Of a stretch of 64,000 nucleotides of DNA, positions 54,436-64,000 are shown piece by piece. The stretch spans positions 332,516 through 396,515 of the forward strand of contig CDRNVI010000051.1 of assembly GCA_977017575.1 (NCBI GenBank), read 5' to 3'. The stretch comes from Paramoeba atlantica (Eukaryota > Protista > Discosea). Numbering within the stretch: position 1 is the stretch's first letter; the number at the start of each line of letters is the position of its first letter. Under the pieces are notes generated by a model. It was not told the origin of the DNA and searched no databases. It saw only the letters and a list, made by a program, of their open reading frames with translations. The position numbers and the translations under genes are program-made.

Positions 54436-56808
54436 TCATACGTCTTCCACCGGGTCGCGCCCTACCTTGTACCTTGCATGACCAAAAAAGTGGTACGCCC
54501 ACCAGATGGTGTAGTAAGTCCCCAACCCGAGTAGCACAGCAACGGCCATGGCAGCAAGAATGCTCCAGAAGGCTGCGGTCGTATTGTACTCTTGAAACGG
54601 GACCTGTACATTCATCCCAAAAGCGGACGTAATAAAATTAAGCGGGAGAAGAATACTACCAAATAGCGTGATCCGCTTCATCACGTCGTTGGTGCGGTTG
54701 GCGTACTCGGCACTTCGCATCGAGAGCAATGAGATAATATTATTGTTTACCTGACTGATGGCATCGCGCGCCAGCTCGAACTGTGCCTGGGCTTGCGTAA
54801 GGTTATCCACAATATCGTGATAGTTGGGCCGCAGCTCAAAACACGAACGGTATGGGTGAGATAGAATGAGTTTCGCGACCGTATATTTCTGCGTAACCTG
54901 CGTACGTAGTGTACCGAGTTTGCGTCGGGTTCGGGTCAGTTGACGAAGGATGTTTGTCTTCTCTTGCTTTGTCACCACGAACGCGCTCTCGTCCAACGCA
55001 TCCACTTCATCCCGAAACCGCTGCACGCGTTGAGTCAGGATATCCACAATAATATCCAAAATCACATACAGCACATGCTCCGTCGTTAAACACTGCAGCT
55101 TCATCACATTCAACCGGGACACCGCTTCCTGGATAATATCCGCACTCTCCTGGTGCACACTCACCACAAAATGCTCCGTGAGGAGCAGCGCGACCCGACG
55201 CACGGCCCCTTCCACCGGATACGTCAGCGCCACAAAGAAGTACTCCCCAAAGAACTCAATCTTGTCCGGGGTGTCCCCCATGACGAGATCCTCAATCGTC
55301 AGCGGGTTGACTTTAATCTCCTCACACATCGCCGTGAGCTCACGATTCCCGACGCCCTGCAGGTCATACCAAATCGTCTCGTGCTCCCCGAGACACAGAC
55401 TCGCGACACTGCTATGTGTGGAGGCCGAGCTGGAGAGCGAAGAGCTTCGATGAGGACTCTCCAGAGAGCGCACCAGGTGAGGCAACCCCGAGGAACTTAA
55501 CCCTTCCGATTGCGGAGAGCCATAACTCTCGTAACTGTGATGAGAGTGGGTCTTGGAAGACGAAGAAGACGAAGACGACGCAGAAGACGAAGAAGACGCA
55601 GAACGCGCCGAACCACTCGACGCCTTCTCCCCTTTTCTACCGCCCTCCCTCTCTTCCCCTCCGTCCCTTCCTCCCCCACTCCCTTTGTTCGCCTCTTCCT
55701 CCCCCCCCTCCCCCCTGTCCCCTCTCGAGGACCCCACGGACCCGCTCCCCGACGCCCGTGAGGAGCGCCCACTCCCCCCCTCCCCCCTCCCGTCGCTTTG
55801 CTTCCGCAGTGCCCTCTCCGTCCTCCACTGGGTCATCACGGCGGAGAGGGTCGCGGTGAGTTCCCCGATGCCGCGGTAGACCGGGCGGACACGAAGGTGG
55901 GCGGTGTGGATGGAGTGCGCGAGGAGCCAGATGTGGGGGGAGGAGGAGGCAGAGGAGGAGGCCGGGGGGTACGCATAAGGGTACGACGAAGAGCTTGTGG
56001 TCGCTGGCACTACGGCAGGGGGCTGTAGCGTACTCGGTTTCGAGGGCAGGGTACTGCCCTGTAGGGTACTTGCATTCGTCGTTACATGCATCGTGGCACC
56101 ACTCTCGCTGGGGTTTCGAGAGGGGGGTGTGGTGCCGTGGGGGGGTAGAGCAGAGGAGGAGGCCGTTTGACGTTCAAAGGAGCCCAGGGCGGGGAGGTAG
56201 GGCATGGGACGACGGTCAAAGGGGGCGGTGGCATGGGGGTGGCTCATAGGGATCGTAGTGGTACTGGGCTTCACGAGAGCGGGGTTTTCTTTGGCTGTGG
56301 GGGGATGAGGCGTCGTGGTAACCCCTGGGGGACTGGTTGAGGACTCGCGGTGGAGTGCAGGTAGACCCGACGTAATGGTTCGGTCCGTAGTCGTCGTAGT
56401 GAACCCACGGTGGTGGTGGGGGAGTAGAGGGGGGAGGATGGAAGAGGCCGAGGCGACACGAGAGAGGGGGAGTGGGGGGATGGCACGGGAGGGGGGGATA
56501 GAAGGCGTGGAGATACGTGAGGAAGGGGGGATAGAGGGTGTGCGGAGAGAGGGGAGGGATTCGACAGAAGAGGAGGGGACGGGGGTGGTACGGTCCAGTG
56601 TGGCAGGGGAGGGGGTACGGAGGGTGTTGGTGGGGGTCGTGGGGGTTGTGGGTTCCTTCATGGGGAGGAGGGGAGATGTGGAGGAGGGGAGTGGGTGATG
56701 GTGGAGATGATGGGAGTGTCCGTCAGGACCATATGGGTAGCAGATGTGTGAATAGTAAAAAGTACCTAAGTGCTGGAAAATGGATGCAATGTTTTTTTTT
56801 TCATTCAT
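54436..56808 (-). CDS. CorA/ZntB-family Mg2+/divalent cation transporter with a long low-complexity N-terminus
   Basis: PLTIEDL, KIEFF, NDVMKRITLFGSILLPLNFITSAFGMNV (GMN signature) and two C-terminal TM helices. The start codon is uncertain. Confidence 0.92.
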   Translation of the reverse strand: MNEKKNIASIFQHLGTFYYSHICYPYGPDGHSHHLHHHPLPSSTSPLLPMKEPTTPTTPTNTLRTPSPATLDRTTPVPSSSVESLPSLRTPSIPPSSRISTPSIPPSRAIPPLPLSRVASASSILPPLLPHHHRGFTTTTTDRTITSGLPALHRESSTSPPGVTTTPHPPTAKENPALVKPSTTTIPMSHPHATAPFDRRPMPYLPALGSFERQTASSSALPPHGTTPPSRNPSESGATMHVTTNASTLQGSTLPSKPSTLQPPAVVPATTSSSSYPYAYPPASSSASSSPHIWLLAHSIHTAHLRVRPVYRGIGELTATLSAVMTQWRTERALRKQSDGRGEGGSGRSSRASGSGSVGSSRGDRGEGGEEEANKGSGGGRDGGEEREGGRKGEKASSGSARSASSSSSASSSSSSSSKTHSHHSYESYGSPQSEGLSSSGLPHLVRSLESPHRSSSLSSSASTHSSVASLCLGEHETIWYDLQGVGNRELTAMCEEIKVNPLTIEDLVMGDTPDKIEFFGEYFFVALTYPVEGAVRRVALLLTEHFVVSVHQESADIIQEAVSRLNVMKLQCLTTEHVLYVILDIIVDILTQRVQRFRDEVDALDESAFVVTKQEKTNILRQLTRTRRKLGTLRTQVTQKYTVAKLILSHPYRSCFELRPNYHDIVDNLTQAQAQFELARDAISQVNNNIISLLSMRSAEYANRTNDVMKRITLFGSILLPLNFITSAFGMNVQVPFQEYNTTAAFWSILAAMAVAVLLGLGTYYTIWWAYHFFGHARYKVGRDPVEDV

Positions 56809-56955
56809 TGGATTTCTTTAAATGGTGTACATGAAGTAGATTTCACGAAATTGTGGATTATGTTGTTATCAGATTTTTAGGTTTGAGACTACGAATTAAA
56901 TAGAGTACATCTTTTTAGTTCTTTCAAAACACCCCATAGTGTTATTTCCTTTACT

Positions 56956-57303
56956 TTACTTTCGCTTCTGTCTAAGTCCTTCCGCGAGCTGGTCTCTCTT
57001 ACGCTTTCCGAGTTGGTGACTTCCAATGCGTTTTTTGCAGTATTTCATGGCCTTCTTCTCTCTGCCAATCTTCAGCAACTCCTGGGCACGTCGCTCAAAG
57101 GGAAGGAAACCAACGACATCGTGTATGACAGCTTTGATCGCGTGCTTTGCCGGTCGTGGGCGACGGAAACTGTTCTTCACTTTGTTAATTCGGATCACTT
57201 TATCTGTCCCTTTGTATTCCTTGCTTTGTAACTCATGACGTTTAACCGGGTAACCTTTCTTCAGGCCGCGAACAACACCCTCGGGCCGCGAAGTCGATGT
57301 CAT
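56956..57303 (-). CDS. RPL36: 60S ribosomal protein L36 (eL36)
   Basis: GLKKGYPV, VVGFLPFERRAQELLKIGREKKAMKYCKKRIGSHQLGKRKRDQL. Confidence 0.95.
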   Translation of the reverse strand: MTSTSRPEGVVRGLKKGYPVKRHELQSKEYKGTDKVIRINKVKNSFRRPRPAKHAIKAVIHDVVGFLPFERRAQELLKIGREKKAMKYCKKRIGSHQLGKRKRDQLAEGLRQKRK

Positions 57304-57557
57304 GACGAATATTAAAAGAATAAGATAATGAAGAAAGCAATTATTTTTCGAAAGGGTAAGTAAAGCAGAGTAGAGACTTACGATTCCAGGATTCTAAAAT
57401 GAAACAGATGCATATCAACAAGCTTTGAATATTGAACGGCATTAACACAAACTGAAATTTTATGGAAGGAATTGATACACGATGGTACTGGGATTCGGAT
57501 TTCCACTAGACAACGTCTGAGCGACAAGTAAAGGATAAGCTGCATAATGAGCACCAC

Positions 57558-58598
57558 CTATTTCGAGTCTACGCGAAAATGGTTGGCTTGCTGTGACGCA
57601 TAAGCCCCCCACCGAGTATAATAGTGTTGGCGTGACGAAGCACAAGAGTTGCCTGTTTTTTCAGGTACGTGAACTACATTCGAATTGCCCACGCTTCGTT
57701 GTGACTCTGCACTCTCGGGTATCAATTTCACATTATCCACTCTCAGTGTGCGAGTCTTTTCTGTCAGTAATTTCTCGTTCGAACTTTTTTCCTGATCTCG
57801 CAGAGTTTGCAGATATCCCACTCGCTTTTCCAAATCTTTCATCGTCACACGAGGACTTTGCCCAAACGGTAGAAATCTTGGCGCCTCATTCGCAGGTCCT
57901 GTGGAAGGAATCATGGGTGATGCACTTTGATCCGAAGCAATACCGGAGTGTCGTGTACGAAACTGTTCCCTTAGGCTTTGTTCTTCTTCTAAAATAGGCA
58001 CTCGTCCCCCAACGAACTGAGAAAAACGGTCTAAAATAAGGTTGCCCATACGTATGTCTGGATCCTTTACGAGTATCTTGCTTCCAGGGCGAGGAAGAGC
58101 TTGGCGGTCACCGTGAGTAGAGAGTTCGACCGCAGGTAGTGTGCGCTTGCCATCTGAAACCGTCAAGTATAGCAAACCATTTCGAATATCATAACAGGTT
58201 AACGTGCTTGTTGTATCGTTTGAAGAAGAGGGAGTAGAAGGTAAAAACGACGCCATTTCCTCTTCCTCACTGTCTCGAACTACGCATTCCAATCGCTCTG
58301 GTTTGGTAATGTCCCGTGCGGCGTTGACTTGGAGAAGAAATTTTCCTTTCAACACACCGCCGGTGGGGTTTGCCTCTAGGCAAGGCTCCCCCCATAAAGC
58401 AATATCTGTTGATAGAAAGAGATCCGAGTAGACCCTCGAGAGGGGTTCAACTGCGTTATGTAAGGGAAGAAGGTGATCCTTCCACTCCTGTTCTGTGGTA
58501 TCAGGCTGGTCGTAAAAGGCGGACAGTAGGCTTTGTAATTTGGAAGGAGACACACGGACGCCATACTGGTCGCGTAGAGCGTCTACGATGTCTTGCAT
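57558..58598 (-). CDS. TDRD3/RMI1-like OB-fold protein
   Basis: LLQVNAARDITKP, LYLTVSDGK..LPAVE, PGSKILV...IRMGNLIL, VGGRV..L, then APRFLPFGQ, similar to the TDRD3 PP.F.PFG motif. Confidence 0.75.
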   Translation of the reverse strand: MQDIVDALRDQYGVRVSPSKLQSLLSAFYDQPDTTEQEWKDHLLPLHNAVEPLSRVYSDLFLSTDIALWGEPCLEANPTGGVLKGKFLLQVNAARDITKPERLECVVRDSEEEEMASFLPSTPSSSNDTTSTLTCYDIRNGLLYLTVSDGKRTLPAVELSTHGDRQALPRPGSKILVKDPDIRMGNLILDRFSQFVGGRVPILEEEQSLREQFRTRHSGIASDQSASPMIPSTGPANEAPRFLPFGQSPRVTMKDLEKRVGYLQTLRDQEKSSNEKLLTEKTRTLRVDNVKLIPESAESQRSVGNSNVVHVPEKTGNSCASSRQHYYTRWGAYASQQANHFRVDSK

Positions 58599-58903
58599 AG
58601 CAAAGAAAGTAGCTGTGTAGTTTTAGAGAAAATAACCTTCCTCTTTTTATATTTAATTTTTTCAATGTTGTACAATTTTTTGTGTGCACAAAAACCTTTT
58701 GTGCACCGATCAGTCTACCTAGCAATACACAGGTGTGTATGTGTAGTCATAAGCAGCATACAAACTAAGTGTACGTGGAAACGACACTTCTCTATCCTTC
58801 TAACGCTCCTATGTTACATGCATACTCCCCAAACATACGCCTCTTTTAATCAAAGCGTGGTGAGGAAAACTAGAGGTCCATAAACCGTATCCCCACGTCC
58901 TCC

Positions 58904-59371
58904 CTATTTGGGAAGTTCCATCCCTGCCTTTGTATTCCAGTAGTCCGGGTGGGTGCGATGGGAGGGGTAATGCCACGGGGCATTAGGTACCAGCCACCCC
59001 CCGGGTTTCGTCCATATCCCGGGGTGGTTGGCTTTCTGCCACCGGGTAATAAACCGTATCGGGGCCCCGTGGGAGTGTTTGTACACACCTTTCGGGAACC
59101 GTGGCTCCGCGTCCCCGAGCAGCGGTAGCGTGGGGACCCCTCCCCACTTACGATGGAGGGTGCGCACTTTTTCGAGCTGCTCACTCCGCCCGTCGAGGGT
59201 CTCGCGCATCATCCATTTCGTGATGTCGTCGATGTGGTACCATGCCAGACGGGAAGGTCGCGGCAGCCACTCGACCTCGTGCTCGAAATTGGGAGTGGCG
59301 TCACTGGGGCGACCACGGGTGGTGGATTTACGGCCCCGGATACGACCTAAGAGCGGGAGGGAGAGTTTCAT
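58904..59371 (-). CDS. Hypothetical protein, likely mitochondrial
   Basis: 155-aa ORF with a basic presequence-like start (MKLSLPLLGRIRGRK), co-oriented with the gene cluster and preceded by a strong polypyrimidine tract. The family was not recognised. Confidence 0.6.
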   Translation of the reverse strand: MKLSLPLLGRIRGRKSTTRGRPSDATPNFEHEVEWLPRPSRLAWYHIDDITKWMMRETLDGRSEQLEKVRTLHRKWGGVPTLPLLGDAEPRFPKGVYKHSHGAPIRFITRWQKANHPGIWTKPGGWLVPNAPWHYPSHRTHPDYWNTKAGMELPK

Positions 59372-59470
59372 GTGGAAGAGGAAGAGGGTGTGAAAGGAAT
59401 GAAGGAAGAGGACTAAAAAATTGGGTTAGAGAGAGAGAGAGAGAGAGAGTTCGTTGAAGAAGAGATAACG
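59372..59470 (-). promoter_or_regulatory. Polypyrimidine (CT)n tract and candidate AG trans-splice acceptor
   Basis: Minus strand reads (ct)n...aattttttAG|tcctcttccttc...ATG. Confidence 0.6.
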
Positions 59471-59555
59471 TGAAGACTGCTATGACAAATATAGGGGTGG
59501 ACACGAAAAGGGGGGGATTCGTATAACTTGGCCAATTTTGGAGGCACTACATTCC

Positions 59556-59701
59556 AGCGTGGAAGAAAAACATGATACACTTTGTAAAGCGCTTCCGAGT
59601 TTGTGAATGGAACTTGAGGAAGCTAAGCATGAACGCGTATGTAAGACCCCTAAACTTGATGGCGTCACGCGCTGGATAGCAGATAAATTCATATATATTG
59701 A
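59556..59701 (+). pseudogene. hAT transposase fragment, 5' half of a split copy
   Basis: EKHDTL...ELEEAK...TPKLDGVTRWIADKF aligns to EKHRQL...TPKLGGVTRWCQDKF in the 809-aa ORF. Confidence 0.75.
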
Positions 59702-62163
59702 GAGGGCTGAAACTAGAGATTTACGATCCCGGCTGATCCCGGCCGATCCCACCGGTCCTGGTGGAATTTACGTGGAAGAAAAGACTTGGTGAAAACGCGA
59801 GTTCTAGAAATTCGACGAAAGAAAGAGCGACCATTTTTTTAAGGGAACCCATTCTATTGTTAAAAATCAAAAACAATGTGCATATGAAGGTAGGAGAAAC
59901 CAAACAAACAATTGCTATTAAATAGAAAGCCCCTTGTAATATTTTTGCTTTTCCTCTTTCGCTCTTTTTGACCTGAGTGCAAATCTCTGCTGCGTGTATT
60001 CTTTGCCGCCTGATTCTTTTGCTTTAGCTGAGCGTTTGTTGATTTTAAGTACGTCCTCTGTGACTTTGACCCCTGCGCAGAACATTTTCCTATCCGGCTA
60101 ACGCCTTTTTGGTAACGCCTTTTGAGGGGTTGAAGAAGTTCATCCAATTGGTAAAACCTCTGACGACCAAGAAAAGTTCCGCAATGCAGTTGTTATTGTT
60201 CGAACAAATATTGAACGACATAAAGGGGGGTACGTCTATCGCTGGCAAACTAATAAAATCATCTGTTGTTGGCATTTAATTAATTTAAAATTAATAATTT
60301 TCGCTTTGCCCCATAGCCACGTACGATGGAGAAACTCCTGGAATTTGGGAAGGTCGAAATAGAAAAGCGATTTGTCAATTCTGGTATTGTTGAGCCAGAT
60401 GGTGATGACGATAGCGCAGATGAACTTGTAGACGACGAGGAATGGTGTGACAACAACAATGAACTTCTTAAAGTTGTTATTATTTTTGATGTTAAGTACG
60501 TAATACAGGCATCGTGGGAAATACTCTAGGGGTCCCGGGAGAGAGCCTACTCTTGAAAGACATTTCAGGAGAAGCAACCCCCATCACCGACTGGGACGGG
60601 CTGGACCATGCGCAACGAGTCGCAGTCAGCTTATTCCTACCCCCCTTTTCCCCATGGCCTGGCGACGGGACCGCACTCAGTGTGTGCGATGGGACCATCA
60701 CGGCATGGTTTCGGCCCCAGGTTTGAACGCGGCACATGATATCCCTGCGGGTCTCAACGAGATTCTGGGAATACCTCGGATCATGACCGGGGCTTGGGAG
60801 CCCCGTCAATACGAGGAAGGGCTCCTGTAGTGTTTCCTCCCTACGGAAACCCTGGTGAGCGAAACGGGTTGGACTACCCGAGTAGTTCAATGTAACCTCC
60901 GCCGAGGCTGCATCGAGGCCAACCCACGCCCTCGATCCAAGCCGAGGCGAGCTTTAGGAGACACCCTAAGTGTCCAAACCCCCGGGGCGGTAACCCCTAC
61001 CCCGGGTAGGGAAGGCACCATTCTGGAAGGGATAGCGGCAGTGACCTCACCCCATAGCTCCTCTCCCGCCTCCATACCCCCATCTCGTAGGGGCGGACCC
61101 TCCCGACAAGGCCCCCCACATCACGCCCCCAAACACCCAATGCACGGTAACAGATCAAGGCGACATCACCCCCTCCCCGGACAGCCTGGCACAGCTCCTT
61201 GAAAGGGGGTCGCTGCGCACTCTTTACGCAGTCCAATGCCCCGCTTGGAAGGACTACAACAAGTCGGTGTGCAGCAACTTCTTGGGGAAGTCGCACGATG
61301 GAAAGATCAACATCGCCTGGGATCTTCTTCTAGGTGTCAAACGGTTCTTGTTTAGAGGGGTCGGAAACCTTAGCCCCCCCCCCTCACCAACAGCTACCAC
61401 CGATCCGTTATCAAGAGGGTTGTAAAGCTGATTCGGGCGGGGGCTTTCTCGAGGGCGGCCAAAATCTTGGAAGCCCCCCTCGATCCGCCGGCAAACCCGG
61501 CTACAGCGGGGGAACAGGTGAAACGTCTCCACCCTACGGGAGGTCCTTATAACACCCCCAAGTTCGTCTATGACAAGGAAAGTCATGGACCCCTCCCGTC
61601 GGCGGCAGATGTTGCCCGGAAAGCCGCAAGCCTGGCGCCGCTCAGAGCGCCAGGCCCGTCTGGGTGGACTAAGGAACTCCTGGTCCCCATCCTGGTGGAG
61701 GATGACCCGAGGGACGTGGTCACTTGGATCATCCAAGGGATCCTCACTAACTACCTCCCTCCCACGATACCTTTGGAATGAGACAAAAGAACTACAAGTG
61801 TAGCGCCCAAGTCACAGAGAGCGAAAGTTATCACGCACACATAAAAATGTATTTGTAAGATAACTGAACGAAAAGGAGATAAATAAAGGACGATAATTGA
61901 ATGAAAAAGATAGACAGATAGTAGAGCCTTAGAAAACAAAATGGATAATTAGGGGACGGTTAATTACGGGATACTTTGGACCTGATGGGGGTGTCCCTTA
62001 ATTAACCCGTCCCGTAATAAAGCCACGCACTATAATAGAAAAAAGGGTCACCAAACAAGAAGTAAAAAATACAGTATCATAAGAAGCTACTCAAGCGCCG
62101 ATCCCGACCGATCCCACCCGATCCCATCTGATAAGTGACAGGATCCTCCAGGTTTCAGCCCTC
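59702..62163. mobile_element. Non-autonomous Harbinger-like TIR element, 2462 bp, with 3-bp TSD
   Basis: TGA|GAGGGCTGAAAC ... GTTTCAGCCCTC|TGA. CGATCCC subterminal repeats at both ends. A solo right end followed by TAA occurs at 8452-8463 and 21856-21867. Confidence 0.8.
60514..61781 (+). pseudogene. CRE/SLACS-like non-LTR retrotransposon fragment, region upstream of and entering the RT
   Basis: VIKRVVKLIRAGAFSRAAKIL...VKRLHP...LAPLRAPGPSGWTKELL, the CRE-clade pattern R...L...G..SRA / LHP / G..GWT.ELL. Stops and frameshifts upstream. Confidence 0.6.
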
Positions 62164-62166
62164 TGA

Positions 62167-62760
62167 GTATATTCCAACAGAATTGCCAATAATTGCTAAA
62201 TTTGTAACCCACATAGTTAGCAAACCTGCACGCATTCCTCCCGCGCCCATATGCTCATGCTATGACATTTTCAAAGTTCCTGGCGCAGTTGACGCAATTA
62301 TGTCTGAGAGGAAAGCTTTTTTAAAGCGATTGGAACCTCTGCGTACTTCCCTAAATCTCTTTTTTGACGAGAACAACGTCGCCATTGCGACGCGTGTTGA
62401 AAGCACACTTAGTATGCTTCGTAAGGAAGGGCTTTCAAATCCTCCACTCGCCGCTGATCTCCAGCACCACGAGAGTCGTCTCAACAAAAATCACGCAACT
62501 TCGTTTTGGAAGGACGTTCGTTGGCTAAGCCCTACATTCATCATATCGACGGCACGAACGCAAAATTATGCGCCGATCACTTGCGCTCGAGCAAACGATC
62601 TTCTAAAGAATAATGTGCTCATGTTTCACTGCACAGAGGCGGCATGGGAAACTTATGTGACACACGGAAATTACAAGTGGCCTGGAGGAGCTTGTACGGA
62701 CATTGAATGGTGGGAGAAAGTAGGGCGCTATGATTTTCCGGAAATTAAGGCATTTTTTTT
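62167..62760 (+). pseudogene. hAT transposase fragment, 3' half of the split copy
   Basis: HHESRLNKNHATSFWKDVRWLSP, CARANDLL, WETY, EWWEKVGRYDFPEI align to the C-terminal third of the 809-aa ORF. It is truncated before the last catalytic residue. Confidence 0.8.
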
Positions 62761-62879
62761 AAAGTTTTTTTGCTCCTCTAAAATTTGCAGTTTTTCCCAA
62801 ATTTGCTTATTTTTTCGTTTTCTCCATTTCGTCTCAGTTTTATGCCGCGAAAGCGATCCCGTTCTATGCAGAACAAAGG

Positions 62880-63240
62880 ATCTCTGTCCGATAGATCTCG
62901 TTGTTTTGGACTATCCCCCAAAATCCCCAGATCTTAACCCCATTGAAAACAATTGGGAAATTATGGATGCCTTTATTAAAAATGGTACAAATCCAGAAAA
63001 TACATGCATTGGGTCGAAAAACGGTGGTATGCCAAATATTTCCAAAATCGGACAAAATACAAGACCTGTAGGGGGGGGTAAAAGACGCTGATCACCACTG
63101 TAGGACTGAACTCTTGTTTTCTATTGAAAGAGCGGTTGATTACATTAAAACAGATGGTCATGACATGCTCATTAACACTTTAAACAACATGCCGCGGCGT
63201 TTCGACATAGTAGTAGAAAAAAAGAAGAAAGTTGTAATTA
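62880..63240 (+). pseudogene. Tc1/IS630-type transposase C-terminal fragment
   Basis: YPPKSPDLNPIENNW and, further on in another frame, INTLNNMPRRFDIVVEKK. Confidence 0.75.
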
Positions 63241-64000
63241 TTAGTCGTCTAAAACCTTTCTCACAATTTTTGCATTTTGTCGTTTTTTTTGTTGAACATC
63301 CCCCTATACCCCGGGAAACTGCCTTTTCTAAAACATAGAACTCTGCGAGAGCTCTCGAATGCGCTATCATTTTCCAAAATTGGAAAGGTTTTGCAATTTT
63401 TAGACCCCCCGTAGCATCTGATTTACCCCCCTGTATGTATCTACAAAGGAAAATGTCGAACCCAGCCACATTTCTCCTGGCCATTGAAGTAGGTGCCAGG
63501 GGAAAGCTCAACAGCTCAACTCGAGCACTGAACTCCCTTTTTGGTGGAAACAAGGCCACCGCCTCGCGATGTCGGCAGCATATGGTAACAAGAGCCCTTA
63601 GTGGGAGTTTCAAAATTTTTAATAATCGCGACATTGAGCAGTGGAGTGAGGGCACGTGCTGGTGAAGAGTTTTAAAAACCTAGGAGAAACTCGCTTTGTG
63701 CGAGGATTGCGTGCTAGTCATGCATCTTCTAGGTATTAATCTCTGCAGTTAAACTGCATGAATATCAAAAATTGTCTCATTTAAGCGAAGACCAAATCGT
63801 GAAGGGGTTTTGTAGACGACGAAAGCAAAGGTAAACGTCAAGACCTTTACTCGTTATTCTCAAGAAATAATATTATTAGTGTCTCAATCTCACTGTATTC
63901 GTTGGCTTAATACAGGAGGAACCGTCAATTTAATGCAAAAAGATGAGACTTGTACGTAAGATGAGTAATAAGGTTGTTTTGTCAGACATCCAACTCTTTT

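Overview
Eukaryotic DNA, most likely from a kinetoplastid; a Perkinsela/prokinetoplastid-like lineage is an inference. All recognisable host genes are intronless, lie on the minus strand and are tightly spaced, and polypyrimidine tracts are visible upstream of the genes I checked (GFAT, the 58904 gene), as expected for a polycistronic, trans-spliced unit. Host genes: Bud32/PRPK kinase, RPS10, GFAT, exportin-1/CRM1, PDH E1-beta, a CorA-family transporter, RPL36, a TDRD3/RMI1-like protein, an unassigned conserved-looking protein, and three kinds of capped LRR-only genes. A near-identical 13.4-kb tandem duplication (4767-18172 / 18171-31585) has its junction inside GFAT and CRM1. It leaves both parent genes intact and creates an in-frame GFAT::CRM1 chimera. 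The LRR genes sit in islands of nested mobile DNA: an apparently intact, divergent hAT element with a 6-bp TSD, an ISL2EU/Harbinger-type element with two ORFs, decayed Merlin, pogo, Tc1 and further hAT transposases, TATE/DIRS-like and CRE-like retroelement fragments, an HTH plus Ulp1-protease cassette and many MITEs. No CRISPR array, rRNA or convincing tRNA was found. All family assignments come from motif recognition by eye, not from database searches.
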